Assembly (NCBI RefSeq): GCF_000143415.4
Contig: NW_003314357.1
Span: 62,001-126,000, forward strand
Length of the DNA: 64,000 bases
DNA from: Selaginella moellendorffii
Lineage: Eukaryota; Plantae; Lycopodiophyta
Direction: 5' to 3'
Position 1 is the first letter of the stretch, and every line of letters begins with the position of its first letter. The notes beneath the pieces were generated by a model. It was not told where the DNA came from. It saw nothing but the letters and a program-made list of their open reading frames with translations, and made no database searches. Positions 14,343-27,219 of the stretch are shown here, piece by piece. The position numbers and the translations under genes are program-made.

Positions 14343-14494
14343 CATGCTGGAAAACGTATGAAACTAAAAAAACGTAATGTTTTAAATGCGTTAAAAAATG
14401 CTGTTCTAAACTCCCAACGCATTTGCACTATTTGCAAAAAGAGACAAAGGTTTCTTTAGGGTTTCTATAGGGTTTCTTCAGGGTTCATGTGGTC

Positions 14495-16555
14495 ATGGCA
14501 GGAATTGGAGGACGCCGCGAATGCTGGAGCTGGAAGCATGTGATACGAGCAGAGCGGCACTGGACATGTAAGTATTGTCATGAGAATCACACTGGGGGAG
14601 CGGAGCGAGTGTGAGCACATCTCGCTGGAGTTCGGGCAAGAGGTGTGAAAACGTGCAAGGCAATGAGGGAGATCCCTTATGAAGTTCTTAAAAAAGCTTG
14701 TAGCAGTTTTTTCGATTTCGAGCTAGCAGACCCAGTAGATGCCGATGATGGGCATCTGCTGCAGCAAGCCGCACAGGGTTCAGGGGGGCCAGCAGAATCT
14801 ATGTTGGCAAGCACGGAGAACTGGTCCAGTGCTGGGACAAGCAGAGCAGCAAAACATAGATCCTCGGATGGAAATTTGGTGACATTTTTTGATACTGCTT
14901 CGGCTGAGGCACTGGATGATGCTGTTGCAGAGTTCTTCTTTGTCGAGAACATCTCCTTCAGCACAATCCGAAGAGACAACTTGAAGAGAATGCTAAAAGT
15001 TGCCGCAAAAGTGGGGCGTCCAGCAATTGACAACCTCATGGGATATGAGAAGTTGCAGACAACTGAGCTACAACGAATATACAACAATGTTCAGAAGCGG
15101 CTTGAAGATGTGTGGCTAAGTTGGAGGACATATGGTTGTACCATTGTCATGGATGGCTGGTCTGATATCAAGAAGCGGTCTCTTATCAACTTCATGGTCA
15201 GTTCTGTGAGAGGCTCAATTTTCATGAAGGCTGTGGACAGCAAGAATGCGAAGAAAACCAGAGCATGGTTGTTTGAGCAGCTGAAACAAGTGATTGCCGA
15301 GGTTGGTGCGGAAAACATTGTGCAGGTGGTGACAGACAATGCAAGCAACTGCGTGGTCATGGGGGAGCTTTTGCAGCAGGAGTTTCCACAGATTGTACAT
15401 GTTCGCTGCGTTTGCCATGTTATGGACTTGCTGTTCAAAGATATTGGAGCTCTGTCTTGGGTGCAGCCTTTCGTTGATGGCTGTGCGAAGACAGTTACCT
15501 TCATCACCTCAAAGCCATGGGTTCTAGCTCTTTATAGAACTTTCTGCAAACGGGACCTGATAAAGCCTGTGACCACGAGGTTTGCTTATATTTTTCTCAT
15601 GATGTCTCAGCTTCTGGAGACCATGAATCTCTCCGGGCTTCGAAGAATGGTGGAGAGCCAAGAATGGGAGCGACTTGACTGGTCTAAGAAGCCGGAGGGC
15701 CTGGAGCTGCAATCTCGTGTTCTCAATGACTCGTTCTGGGAGCGGTGCGAGAATTTGTTAATTTTTCTCGGACCTTTACTTCGAGTTCTTCGACTCGCTG
15801 ATCGGGAGGGGGCGACTTCAGGCCTCATCTTTGAAGCTGTTGATCGGCTGATCTAGAAGATGGACGAGGGAGCTCGAAACGGAATTTATGCACATGAGGA
15901 AGTGGGACAAATCAAGGATTTCCTACTTGAATCACACGGTCTGAAGGAGGCAAGGTGGTATCAAATGCACAACGTCATTCATGGAGCTGCTTTTGCTCTT
16001 CATCCTCTGTTTCTGGGGGATAACCTAGAGAACGACAAGCTGGACAATGAGGCATGCGGGAATTGGCTGGAGTGATCTGGACTTGTAGTGGCACAGTTTG
16101 AGAGGTTTCGGCAACAGCTTGGACAGCAAATGAGGTTACCTGTTGCCAAGGATCGGGAGACTAGAAAGTTTCCAGTAACCTGGTGGAGTTCTTTTGGTTT
16201 AGAGATGCCTGATCTACGTTGCATGGCTCTTCAGATTTTAAGCCAAGTTGTTTGCGCTTCTCCATGCGAGAGGAATTGGAGCTCATGGAGCTTGATACAA
16301 ACAAAGCGCAGGTCCCACTTGCTTCCCAAAAATGCTGAGAAGCTGGTTTACATTCACACAAACTTGCGGGTTGCTTAGAAGTTGGAGAGTGAAGGTTTGA
16401 GGATGCTGGAGATTGATATAGACAAGCTGGAGTTGGAGCCTCATTGGAAGAGGATTTTGGATCTGCAAGAAGCTTTTGAGGAACCAAATCAGACTGCTAA
16501 GGAGTTTAGCATCAATGAAGGAATGGAAGATGATTCGGAATCGGAAGATGACTAA
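14495..16555 (+). mobile_element. hAT DNA transposon transposase (BED finger, DUF659-like core, dimerisation domain), a few stops
   Basis: WSWKHV..WTCKYC..HL BED finger; IVMDGWSDIKKRSLINF, QVVTDNASN, RCVCHVMDL, KPVTTRF, WWSSFG, SPCERNWSSWSLIQTKRR..EKLVYIHTNLR. Stops near 14612, 15854, 16073 and 16376. Confidence 0.93.
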
Positions 16556-17009
16556 AATGGCTTCTTCTTTCATTTTTTTTAGTATGTTATTCGATTGGGT
16601 TTTATAAACTTAATATCAGATTAAAGTGTCTTTAGTAAATATTAGTGTTTTCTTAATCATTTTAGGCTTTAACATGTAAACGTTTGATTGTCCTGAAAAA
16701 AACGTTTTAAGCGGCGTTTAAACGTCGACATGTTTGAACGTTTGCACGTCTAGCTGCAACTATGTGCTTGAGTGTCTTCAACGTGAAGTAGGGCCCGTCT
16801 CTTCTAGCACTGGAGGCAACCCTGCCCCCGCCTAACTCCTTGGTGGCATGCCCATTCGTTGTCTATTGTCTCGCAGATTGTCAAGGAATAGGTGATTCAG
16901 CGCCTCACAGATTTCAGTACCTAAAAATAAAGCTCAGGTCTGCAGCAAGGCAACAAAAAGCAATGTCATGTGCGGATAATAAGAATAATAACTAAACAAC
17001 AAAAGGAGA

Positions 17010-17281
17010 TTTCGCACATCAACCACTAAAAAATTGGGGCAAGAAGTAGAATCTGAAGCCATCCTGAAATGAGAGTAGCACACCTCTTGTGGGACGAATG
17101 ACATGAAAAGATTTAGCCCAAAATTTCGGTTTGCTAAGACCATCTTCTTTTTTTGGTTCAAGAGTCCTCCATTGGACCCTTGGTGGCTCCTCCTGCTTCA
17201 TGAAGATGGAGTTAGCCTAGAACACCGGCAGAACTGCATCCACGTCCACTCTACCATCTGAAAGGTGAAATTCATGACATC
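17010..17281 (-). repeat. Inverted 5'-truncated copy of the CR header exon plus intron start
   Basis: ORF 17019-17201 (-) reads QEEPPRVQWRTLEPKKEDGLSKPKFWAKSFHVIRPTRG, the same as the header peptide. Confidence 0.9.
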
Positions 17282-17520
17282 AATAAAAGACATAAAGTAC
17301 TTCTTGTGGCTGAGTGTTTTCACAAGCAGGTAGCACACATCACTATGAACCAGTCCAGCAAGCTTGTAATGGTCTTTTATGTGGATGGAAAGTGAATTTG
17401 CTTGCCAAGATGGCAAACTTCACACATGCCTGGATGGCCAGCTACCAGTGTGATGCTTTCAGCAAGTTGGTTTTGAGCTAAGGCATGCAAATCTCATTCA
17501 TTGACATAGCGTACCAATAG
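17282..17520 (-). mobile_element. Copia pre-integrase/integrase fragment abutting the header copy
   Basis: LVHSDVC...KYFMSFID motif on the minus strand. Confidence 0.65.
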
Positions 17521-18999
17521 ATGACACCAGAGAGAAAAACTGATTCAAGATTACACCGACATTATACCCAAAGTGGTTAATTTTTTTAGTAATTTAATAA
17601 AAAAAATAAAATAATAAAATAATAAAATAATAAAATAATAATCATCTAAAAATTTTCACCCATCTTACTGTTTGAGCACGCAAGTTATTGAAGGGCTTTC
17701 GGGGGGATTTTGTAGCAATTTGGAGAGGAACTTGCAGGAAATGAAGAATCACTCACCCTCACTTCATCCATAATCACAATTTAGCTCATATTTTAGTGCA
17801 TCAATATTGTAAGAATAGAATTTTGTAATTTTAGAGTTTTGCTTATTTTTTCTTAATGTCCAGGGAGGAGAGGTTAGTAGTGCTAGTATGAGATCTATTT
17901 CAAATGTAATCTTGATTCAAATACTACTCATTTTTTCTTTGGTTTCTTTTTTTGTTTAGCAAGTTTTTACAATGGCTTTTAGCTTAGCATTTCTACATTC
18001 AATTCAATGATTGAATTTGTTCTAAGCATTTCTGCAATGTAAGTTAGCTTTAATTCTTCAAGTTAAGAATTTTTTTCTAATTGTTTTCCCACTTTTTTTT
18101 GAATATATTTTTGCAACAGCAAGGCTTTTATGGTGGGTGAATTAGAAATTCCCTTTTCACAACTTTGTTATTACTGCCTCCTCTAAAAATTAACTCTTTG
18201 ATAGAGTAACAAATATTTTAGAGATACAAGAAATATAATTTGTGTTTGTTTTCTGATTTCTAAACTTGGTTTCTGGTGGCTATATTAAATCGATGAAAGG
18301 ACCAAAGAAGTGGTGATAAATTTCTAACATCTTATGTTGACAAAGATTTCATCACACACCAAAATAATGTGAGTCATAATGGGATGAGCTTGCGAATAAG
18401 TAGAAGTACATTAATGACTATGAGAGCAACATCTCATTAAAGAAACCATTCTACTTTAGCAATGAGTTTACTACAAGGATGAAGAAGGATGCTTAATCTT
18501 CCTCATGCATTTGACAAAAGCTTTTACAATGAGATATAATTATGGATGATGCAATCGAGAATTAATGTTCTAAGTAGCCCTTAAGTTGATACATTCATGG
18601 GTTCCACAATTGCAAACAAGTCACCAAGCTATGATAAGTTCATTTGTCCTTTTATGATTTACTTTTGTTTCTCTTTTTTCCAAAGACAAACACAATGGTA
18701 GATTCAGATCTAGACATTGTATTTGAGACCCAAGATACTAGAGATGCCAATGAAGACATTCTAGAAGTACAAGTGAGTAGGAAAAAAATTGCAATAACTA
18801 TAGGAAAAAATCACAAATTTACTCCCAAAGGATCTGATGGTCTCCTCCAATGAAGTGACAAGCAAAGGAAAGCAATAATGAAGCAACTTACCCAATCCAA
18901 ACACTGTGAGAGACTCTTCAATAGTGGGAGATCCTCCTAAGGAGCTTTTAACTCTGTGACCATTCCTGTCACACATCTGCCTGCTGCCCCCATTCCTAT

Positions 19000-20295
19000 A
19001 CGGTGGACCATGCGCCAGGGGATCCAGTCCCTCCAGATGCAAGAGGTCATGCGAGGGTTGACCCTGACCCTAATACACTCTACCACTCTGACTGCCAGCG
19101 CAAGAAACCGTCTTGCCTCATTGAGATGATGGTTGCTTCTACTGCTGGCGAAATTCTAGTGGAACCCAAAACTTATGCACAAGCCTTGGATTCTCCAGAA
19201 GCTAAATTCTGGCTTGCAGTGATGGAGGACGAGATGTGCTTGCAGAGGAAGAATGGCACTCACGTGCTGGTTTCTTCCATTCCTGCTGGAGGAAACTTGT
19301 GAGGAGCATGTGGTGATGGCACTACTCATTTCAAGGCTAGACTGGTTATGAAGGGCTGCACTCAAGTTCCTGGAATTGATTTCCACGAGACTTTTGTGTC
19401 TGTGGTCAAGCACACGACTCTTCATGCTTTGATCCATTTTGTTGCAGCTGGTGACTACGACATCGAGCAAGTACTGCTTTCCTCTATGGAGAACTGGAAG
19501 ATGAGATTTATATGCAGCAGTCAGATGGATTTGCTGGGCCAAGAAAAGAGAGTCATGTTTGGCTTTTCAAGAAGGCGATTTATGGACTCAAGCAATTGCC
19601 TTGTTCTTGGTACAAACACTACGACAGCTTCATGTTGAGTGTGGGATTCAAGCTAAGCCAGGGGATATCAATCTCTACATCCAGTTCTACCCACCAGACT
19701 TCACAATCCTTGGCCTCTACGTTGATGACAATCTGGTTACTCACAACAATGCTGCCATGTTTGCCCAGGTGAAGAAGATCCTGTCAACTCAGTTCTAGAT
19801 GAAGGCACTAGGGCCAGCAAGATATTTTCTTGGCATGGAGCTCCTCCATGACCATGCACAGGGAATTATCTGGTTGTAAATTGATGAAAGAGATGTCTCC
19901 AGCAACGGAAGAAGGGAAAGCTGCTATGGCAAAGATCCCCTATGGCAGTGCGTTGGCAGCTTGCTATATCCAGCAGGGTGTACAAGACCTGATTTAGCCT
20001 TTTCCGTGAGCAAAGTTAGCCAATTCTTGGAGAACCCGGCTGCAGTTGAATGCATCTTCAGGTATCTTTGCCAACATACCAACCTGTTTTGTCCTTTGAT
20101 CTTGGGAGCTCAATTGCAATGTGAGTGCAATCCACTGCACCACAATAGTTTGGGAACTCTAAAATCTTGCTATAACTTCATTCATTTCCTCATTCGGCCA
20201 ATGGATCATTAGTCCTTCATGCTCAAGCAATGCATACCTATGGCATAAACAAGCTTAAGCAGTGCATGAAGCCACTCCAAATGCATCACCAATCT
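19000..20295 (+). mobile_element. Second copy of the decayed Copia RT block at 1060-2345
   Basis: Nearly identical ORF fragments with the same frameshifts and the same non-TE tail (ctcaattgcaatgtgagtgc...aatgcatcaccaatc). Confidence 0.92.
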
Positions 20296-21311
20296 TCTGT
20301 GTCAAAGGTGCTTAGGAAGCTGTAGGATACAAACCTCTGCTTCTTGGTTCATTCTAGAAGACACTTTAATGGTGTGCTCAACAATTGGGTATGTGTTCAA
20401 ATTCTTGGGTGCACTTCAGAATTTAATCATTGTGTATGTGGATGCGCAATGATGGGCACCTTCCTAAAAAATGAAAAATTAATCACTGTAAAAATTGTAT
20501 AGATAAGTTGTTGAATATTTCAACATGCAAATTACTAGGTATCCTAACATTTGTTCTAGACACTTCTCAACAAGCAATAAAGTTAGTGCTAATTGGAAAT
20601 GCTAATTGAGAAGTGCATTTTGGAGGCCGTAAAGAATCAGAAAAAGAACACTTCTGCGCTTTCCACTTTGAGAAAAGTCTCCAAATGCCCACTAAAAAAT
20701 ACATCACACATGACTATCAAGAAGAACATCTTGACATATATCAACAGTGCTAGTAAGTTGAGATTAAAGAAGAAGCTTTTGAAACTTACCTATGAACTAG
20801 TCCTTTCAAATATTCTTTCCTTACTACCACAATGGCAAAAGATTGATATTACTAATTCCCTTTATCATTCCCACTTGAGTTAGTTGAGAAATTGGTCAAT
20901 GCTTGTGCACTTAAATTAGATAAATATAAGATAGGAACCTTATATACTTTTTGTTGAGTATACTCGGCCTGGTTTGAGAAACTTGTGTCCTTGCTAGCCC
21001 CCGCAATATTGAGATTAGTCCCTCAATATTGGTTAAATGATAGCTTACTATGTTTGCCAAACACCTTTGTTATCATATCCTTTGTATTGGTTTTGTTCTG
21101 GTTTTATTGGCTATTTATGGAAAGTATTTAGATTTACTAATTAGGAATACTTATGGACTGTAGAGATTGTCTTGAACACAATAGTGTTGGTCCTGTGTCT
21201 AAATTTGCAATTTAGTGTCATTCCATATTTAGTAAATTCTGGCTAGGGGTGAAAACCCAAAATGTGTGTTCCTAATATTCCAAATGTATAGTAGGTCGGG
21301 GCATGGCCGAC

Positions 21312-23009
21312 TGTAAAGGACTAAATTTTCCATTCTACTTTAGTCGCTTAACCACACCTCCGACCACTTAGAGGAGTTTTACTCACAACCTCCATAAGTC
21401 CTATTTTGGACTTAGGGACTTGCTAGCCCCAAGAATGGCATCTATGCCACTCAACCATTGCACTTGGTCCAAGTGCTCCATGTGTCCGATCCCATGACCG
21501 ACACCCCAAGGTACCACCGACATATCAGCCTGTTACTCTAAGGCCATGCCCATTCACCTTGGTCACACCAGTGGTCTGACACCACCTACATCACAGTCCT
21601 GTCTCTGAAAGACTGGACCATCCGTCCATGAGTGATCATCTTAGATCCACTCCTTAGCAGCATCCTTAGGATGCCCACAAACATGGGGAATAGCCTTCCC
21701 CAATATCCTTTTTCCGGTCCCCACCAAGTCCCTTTCTGCCCATGGCCGTGTTCGCCAACACTGCCACTGGATTGAGGCCCATAGGCCCGACCACTAAGTC
21801 CCACAGTCCTTTGGGACTTCTACACCACCTGACTGTATCCTTGGTCACTACACCAGAGGACTACTCCTCTTCCTTTCCACAGTCTGGGCTTTTGGGACAC
21901 CATTTCGGAACATCGTGGCCCTACATAAGCCTCATAGGTACTCTCCCCGCCTTCCACCTTTGGGTGCTCTAGCCATGGGCTTAAAGCGAGGTTCTGTTGA
22001 GCCATGCCAGGTATCCAAGTAGGTAGTGCCACCCACACTTAGACTGGGAGCATCGACCATTCAATCTCTCGGGGGAACTAGAGCCGGCTCTTGAACACTT
22101 CACCAAGCTACCCCACTTGTTAGTCCGTATTCACTCTAGCTTTGGACTTCCCAGTGGTTATCCCATCACCCAACACCTAGGTACTACCTTCCTGGGACAA
22201 ATTGGCCTTTCCTGGCCAAACTGGCTCCATTGGAGTCCTCCCCCTATTATACTTTTGGAGCTCACCAAAAGAGGTTTGGGCTTTCACCCCCTCAGACTCG
22301 AACTCGGACTCGGACTCGGACTCAGACTCGGACTTGGACTCAGGCTTGGGCTTGGTCTCAGCCTCAGCCTTGGTCTCGGTCCCGGTCCGGTCTCAGTCTC
22401 GGTCTCGGTCTCGATCTCGACTTCGGTCTCCATCTTGGGTCCTTCTCAGACTCCATCTTGGATTCCATCTCGGACTCCATCTCGAACTCCATCTCGAACT
22501 CCATCTCGAACTCCATCTCGAACTCCATCTCGAATCCATCTCAAACTCCATCTTGGGTCCATCTCGAACTCCATCTTGGACTCCATCTCAGTCCATCTCG
22601 AACTCCATATCGGACTCCATCTCGGGTCTATCTCGGACTCCATCTTGGACTCCATCTCGGGTCCATCTCGGACTCCATCTCGGACTCCATCTCGGACTCA
22701 ATCTTGGTCCATCTCGGACTCTATCTTAGACTCCATCTTGGACTCCATCTCGGGTCCATCTCGGGTCTATCTCGGACTCCTCCACGTGTCATGTGTTGGT
22801 CCTTTTGTGTCCTTTTTCTAGAGACTCACTTATTGCTTGCTTTGTGCTTGTTCCTCAAGCACATCGTTGGGAGTTCCACTCCCGCTCTTGACCTTTCAAG
22901 TCGGAGCTTTTAGTCTAAATGTGTTACGTTGGTTTGGCTTTTGTTTCGGCCACTACCACGTGGCACCCTTTCGGCTCCACTTTGGGGCCTAGGGATTTTG
23001 TGTCTCACA
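21312..23009 (-). repeat. 3' LTR
   Basis: tgtaaaggact...gtctcaca; aligns with 27220-28886. Confidence 0.9.
22290..22780. repeat. 6-bp (CTCGGA/CTCGGT) and 12-bp (CTCGGACTCCAT) tandem arrays inside LTR
   Basis: Directly visible; source of the low-complexity ORFs here. Confidence 0.95.
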
Positions 23010-26000
23010 ACTCCACCACCCATAGACGAAGTTCGATGTCCTCATTGAACAATAAACTATTTTATTAAGTAATACCAATATGTATTACCCCTTCCATTCT
23101 TGGCACTTCACTAATATTCGTCAATAGTTTGATACCAAAGGCTCACCATGCCTTATCCATCCTCTAAGGAGGATAGTCTCTCCAACTTAGAGACTAATTG
23201 GACAACTTGTAGTGGTTCTCTCCTTTTATTGGTTTAGTTTTCGCTAAACTTGTTAGAGACACCGTCTTTATCTCAATCCCACGACTCCTTCTCAAGTAGT
23301 CTCAGTTTCCATCAATATAACCTTTGCACTTTGAAACTTTTACTTTTGACTTCTTGAAGTCAATTTCCTAGGTGTCTCCAACACCTTGCATTGCACATAT
23401 TGTGCAACTCCACTTCCCCACCCTAGGAAGTTCTCTACTTGAGGGCAACATCATCCTCTCTTCTATTTCGTACCTCCTTGGGCACTAAGTTCCAATTATC
23501 ATAATTTATGCTAGGGCTGTCCATAACCTTATCATTTAGCTACCTTATCGTTCCCTCTTTTGGAGCTTCCACTCTCGCCAAATCAGAGCAATTGGGAATC
23601 CATTCTTGAAAACACCTTGCCTTTCCCACAATTCATTAGCCCCCAACACATTAGTGTTCTTGGCCTAACTTTGCCTTTTGGATTCTTTCCCATGGTTCCC
23701 ATGGCTCTTTTCTTAGCCATTAGTCTTTTGCTCCTATCCTTGATTGTTGCACCTAACAACATCAGATTGCTACTTCCATTCTTGAGGTATTCTTTCAGTT
23801 CCAGAGTAAAGACTTTGCTTTGCTAAGTCCAAAGGGTATTCACCCCTAGTAAGTCTCTTTAGCATTTTCTGCTATGGGCTCTATCCTTAGCCCAACTTTG
23901 TGACCCTCCCATAGGTCTTTTATAGAGACTACTTTCTTCGGACTCACTATACCATCGCATTGCCATAGATCATTTCCCTTAGGTGTTCTTCCCACTTGGT
24001 CACCTTGACAAAGCCACACCACCATTAATAGTTCAAATTAACACTTTGAACTAAAAACTTTATCCGTTAACTTCATAAGGACCTTGTCCTTGTTTTAGCC
24101 ATAATATTACATAGTAATCTAACCTTGGCACCTTAATAGGTTTGCCAATAGGTATTAAGTCCTCTAGACCTTTAAGTTGTTCAGCATGACCCCGGGGGCA
24201 TCCCCCACACTTGGTGGTGCACCCAAGCCAGCCCTTCCGGCTAAGGGTCCATAGCAACTGAGACTGGGTGTCCCCATTTCATTCACCACGTTCTTGGTGC
24301 CACTCGCACCAAAGTGTTCAAGCTAGATGTGCCAAGCCACACTAAACAATCTAACCGTGCATCACGACTCCGGGGCATCCCTCGCTTGGTAGTGTGCCTA
24401 AGCCAGTCTCCTTACTGAGAGTCCATGACCACTGAAAAATGAATGTCCTCATATTTCAAGTCATCACCGCACCCTAATGAGTTGGGACTCGAACCCAAGC
24501 ACTAGAGGGTCGGGACTCAAACCCAACCTCCGTATATACATCTACGGATGGCATCACACAAGATGTCTGGCATGACTCTCCACGCCGGTACACCAACATG
24601 TACTTAAAGCGCGCTATAGATCACAGCTTAGGAACCTAATTCCTCCACACTGCCAAGTCTTCTCACTTGACAAATTTGTGATCATGCATGGACTCCTCCA
24701 TGCTTGGCCCCATGGGCCACCCCTTTGAAGTTAGCACCTTCAACTAGGGTATTTGTTCCCATGACTTGCCAATTTCACTTAGCAAGTCATCCGACCAACG
24801 TAATATGGTTTCATGCACAAGCGGGAAAGCCCTCGACTATCGACTTTTATTCAAGGCCATCCCTTTGATTATTCAAGAACTGTTTCCCCAACCTTGATAG
24901 TATTGCATTATAGCAAGCTTCAAGGCCACACTTCTGCTGCACCACTCTGATTTCGTGTGTTTTATGAACCATTTACACTTGGCTTTCTAGGTAAGTGTCC
25001 TTGGGAACCTTTGAAGGAACTCTCTATCCCTTAGCTTGCTAAAGCCTCTCATTTTGCAAGCTTTTAAATTGCCATATGGTCTAACATGGACAATTCCATG
25101 CTTTAGACTTTCCATAGCATCACGGTTGCTAGTAATAACATGCTTGAGCACCCACTTGATTCTCCACTCCCAACTGGTATAACCACCCTTGGATATGCAA
25201 TTTGATTCCTATGGTTTGGTTCTATCCCTTTATGTAGCGCATGTGATCATGGGATGAGATTTGAATATACTGTCACCGTGGATCCTTTGAATCTTGGGGG
25301 ATAAATGGGGATAAAATAGCCACTAAGGGCTCTCTCATCAAGCAATTGCCCCTTTTTTAGTTGGCTTAAGGGGAGAGAGATAAGGTGTGCTACACCTTAC
25401 TACTTGCTTTTGGCCTTACACCTTTCCTTCAGTTATTTTCCTCCAAACTAGGAGGATAACTTTGCACTTTCTATTATGCCGTAACAAGTATTCTTAGGGA
25501 TGAACCTACCTGATAGCCTAGGGAGTGGTTCCTCAATTTGGGTATGCTCAACTTATAATCCCACACATTGGGATTAATATTGTTACTTATGGGTTTTTAT
25601 ATACCCATTGCTAGCTTTGCCACAATTCCATTTTGGCTTTGCCCAATTTGGGTAGATAGTCTTCTTCTGTCTCTGCAACCTTGGACGTTTGGATAACACC
25701 TCCTATCCATCATTTGCTAGGGACTTAGTCCTTTGGGCTTTATCTATTGCCCTCGTGACACTAAACACCACCTCTTGGTGTTCTAGAGTGTTTGGGTGTT
25801 CCAATGATGGCCTCCTTGACAATGAGCATTTTCTTTTACGACATTGACTTATTATATCATAATATAAGCAACTTATCCCCGATAAGGGTATATCTAACTT
25901 TTTTATGCAATTAAGAAGTCTTGGGTAGCTACCTTCTACCTGTTTAACCAATTACTTTGCACCTCTTGCTTACATAGTTGTCAAATCCTACAACTCATTG

Positions 26001-27219
26001 CTAGTGCTTCCACACCTCCATCATTATCCGGGTCACCACACTCTACCACATGCCTTCCAGCTTAGGCTATGCCATTCTCATTTCTATTGAGATTCCTTTG
26101 GCAAGGGGTTATCATGAAGCCATCAACATAACCTCAAGGTATCACACCTTGGCACATTTGGTGTCTCCACACCATTGGCTTCATGAGTCTACCTTTATGA
26201 CACTTTGCACTTATGTTTAGGTCTTTGCCAAGACTAACCCAGTCGTTTCTCATGCCAACTATCCATTAGCACTACACCATAGTGTTCGCATACAACTCTG
26301 CACCAAAGTTGCTTCCTCTGGGAACACCTTTCCCACGACTTTGGTATGGCACATTTTGCCACCCATGAGATACCTAATGTTTTCATACTTGGATCTTACA
26401 ATCCTCCCCCTCCTCCGTGGGGCACAACACACCTCAGTCCAAATGTTTTTATCAGTCCTTTAGGACCATTCCTTGACTCCACTTAAGTCATTCAGCCTTT
26501 TGGACTTTTCCTAATCCCCTGACATATAAGGTTTTACTTTTGAGGTGCCAACTCATTGGAATACAACTTCTTGTATTCATGTCCTACTCACCAAGACCAC
26601 CATTATAAGTGTGATTCCAACACTTGACTATTTTTTGATAATTGTGGGCTACCTTCGCCTGTTAGGACTATTCGTCCATATGATGAGAATATCGATTCAT
26701 CCTCTAAGCACACCCCCAACTCCTGGGGTTTTTCCAGCATTTATTCAAGGTAGCTCAGCTACCATTCCAAGGACTTATGTCCTCATCCACATTTGACCTC
26801 CCACAGTCATTAATTCTGGTCTCAAATTCATGAGCACTAGCCTCAACTTCATGAGGGTAATCTTGTGACTCCTTTATCGTTTTGGAGCCTCTATCTTCCC
26901 CGTGATCCCAACTATAATTGTTTACCACAATTACATTAGCCAATTTGTTGAGTCAAACGCTCATCTCGATCACATCCTCAACTCAATGAGGAAAACCTTG
27001 TATTGTTCCCAAGATCCCGAAGTTGTTCCATTATTAGCCCTTTTCTATCCACCACCTCACCTATAAGTTCACACCTGAATTGTAGTGGAGAGCCATGTCT
27101 TCCCGACTTGTAACTCCTCAAGGATAGGTCCACTCCTAGGACCTTCCAATGCCAACACTAGTGGTGATATACTTGAGCACCAATAAAAGTCGGACTAAGG
27201 AACAGCTTTATTACAAAAT

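Noticed and set aside
22117-22913. Long overlapping ORFs of 175-234 aa (also 28133-28791)
   Set aside because: Artefacts of stop-free 6/12-bp tandem repeats within LTRs.
23100-23260. Possible chromodomain remnant (SWRDYPP...AW) at the Gypsy 3' end
   Set aside because: Position fits a chromovirus, but the sequence is too degenerate to support.
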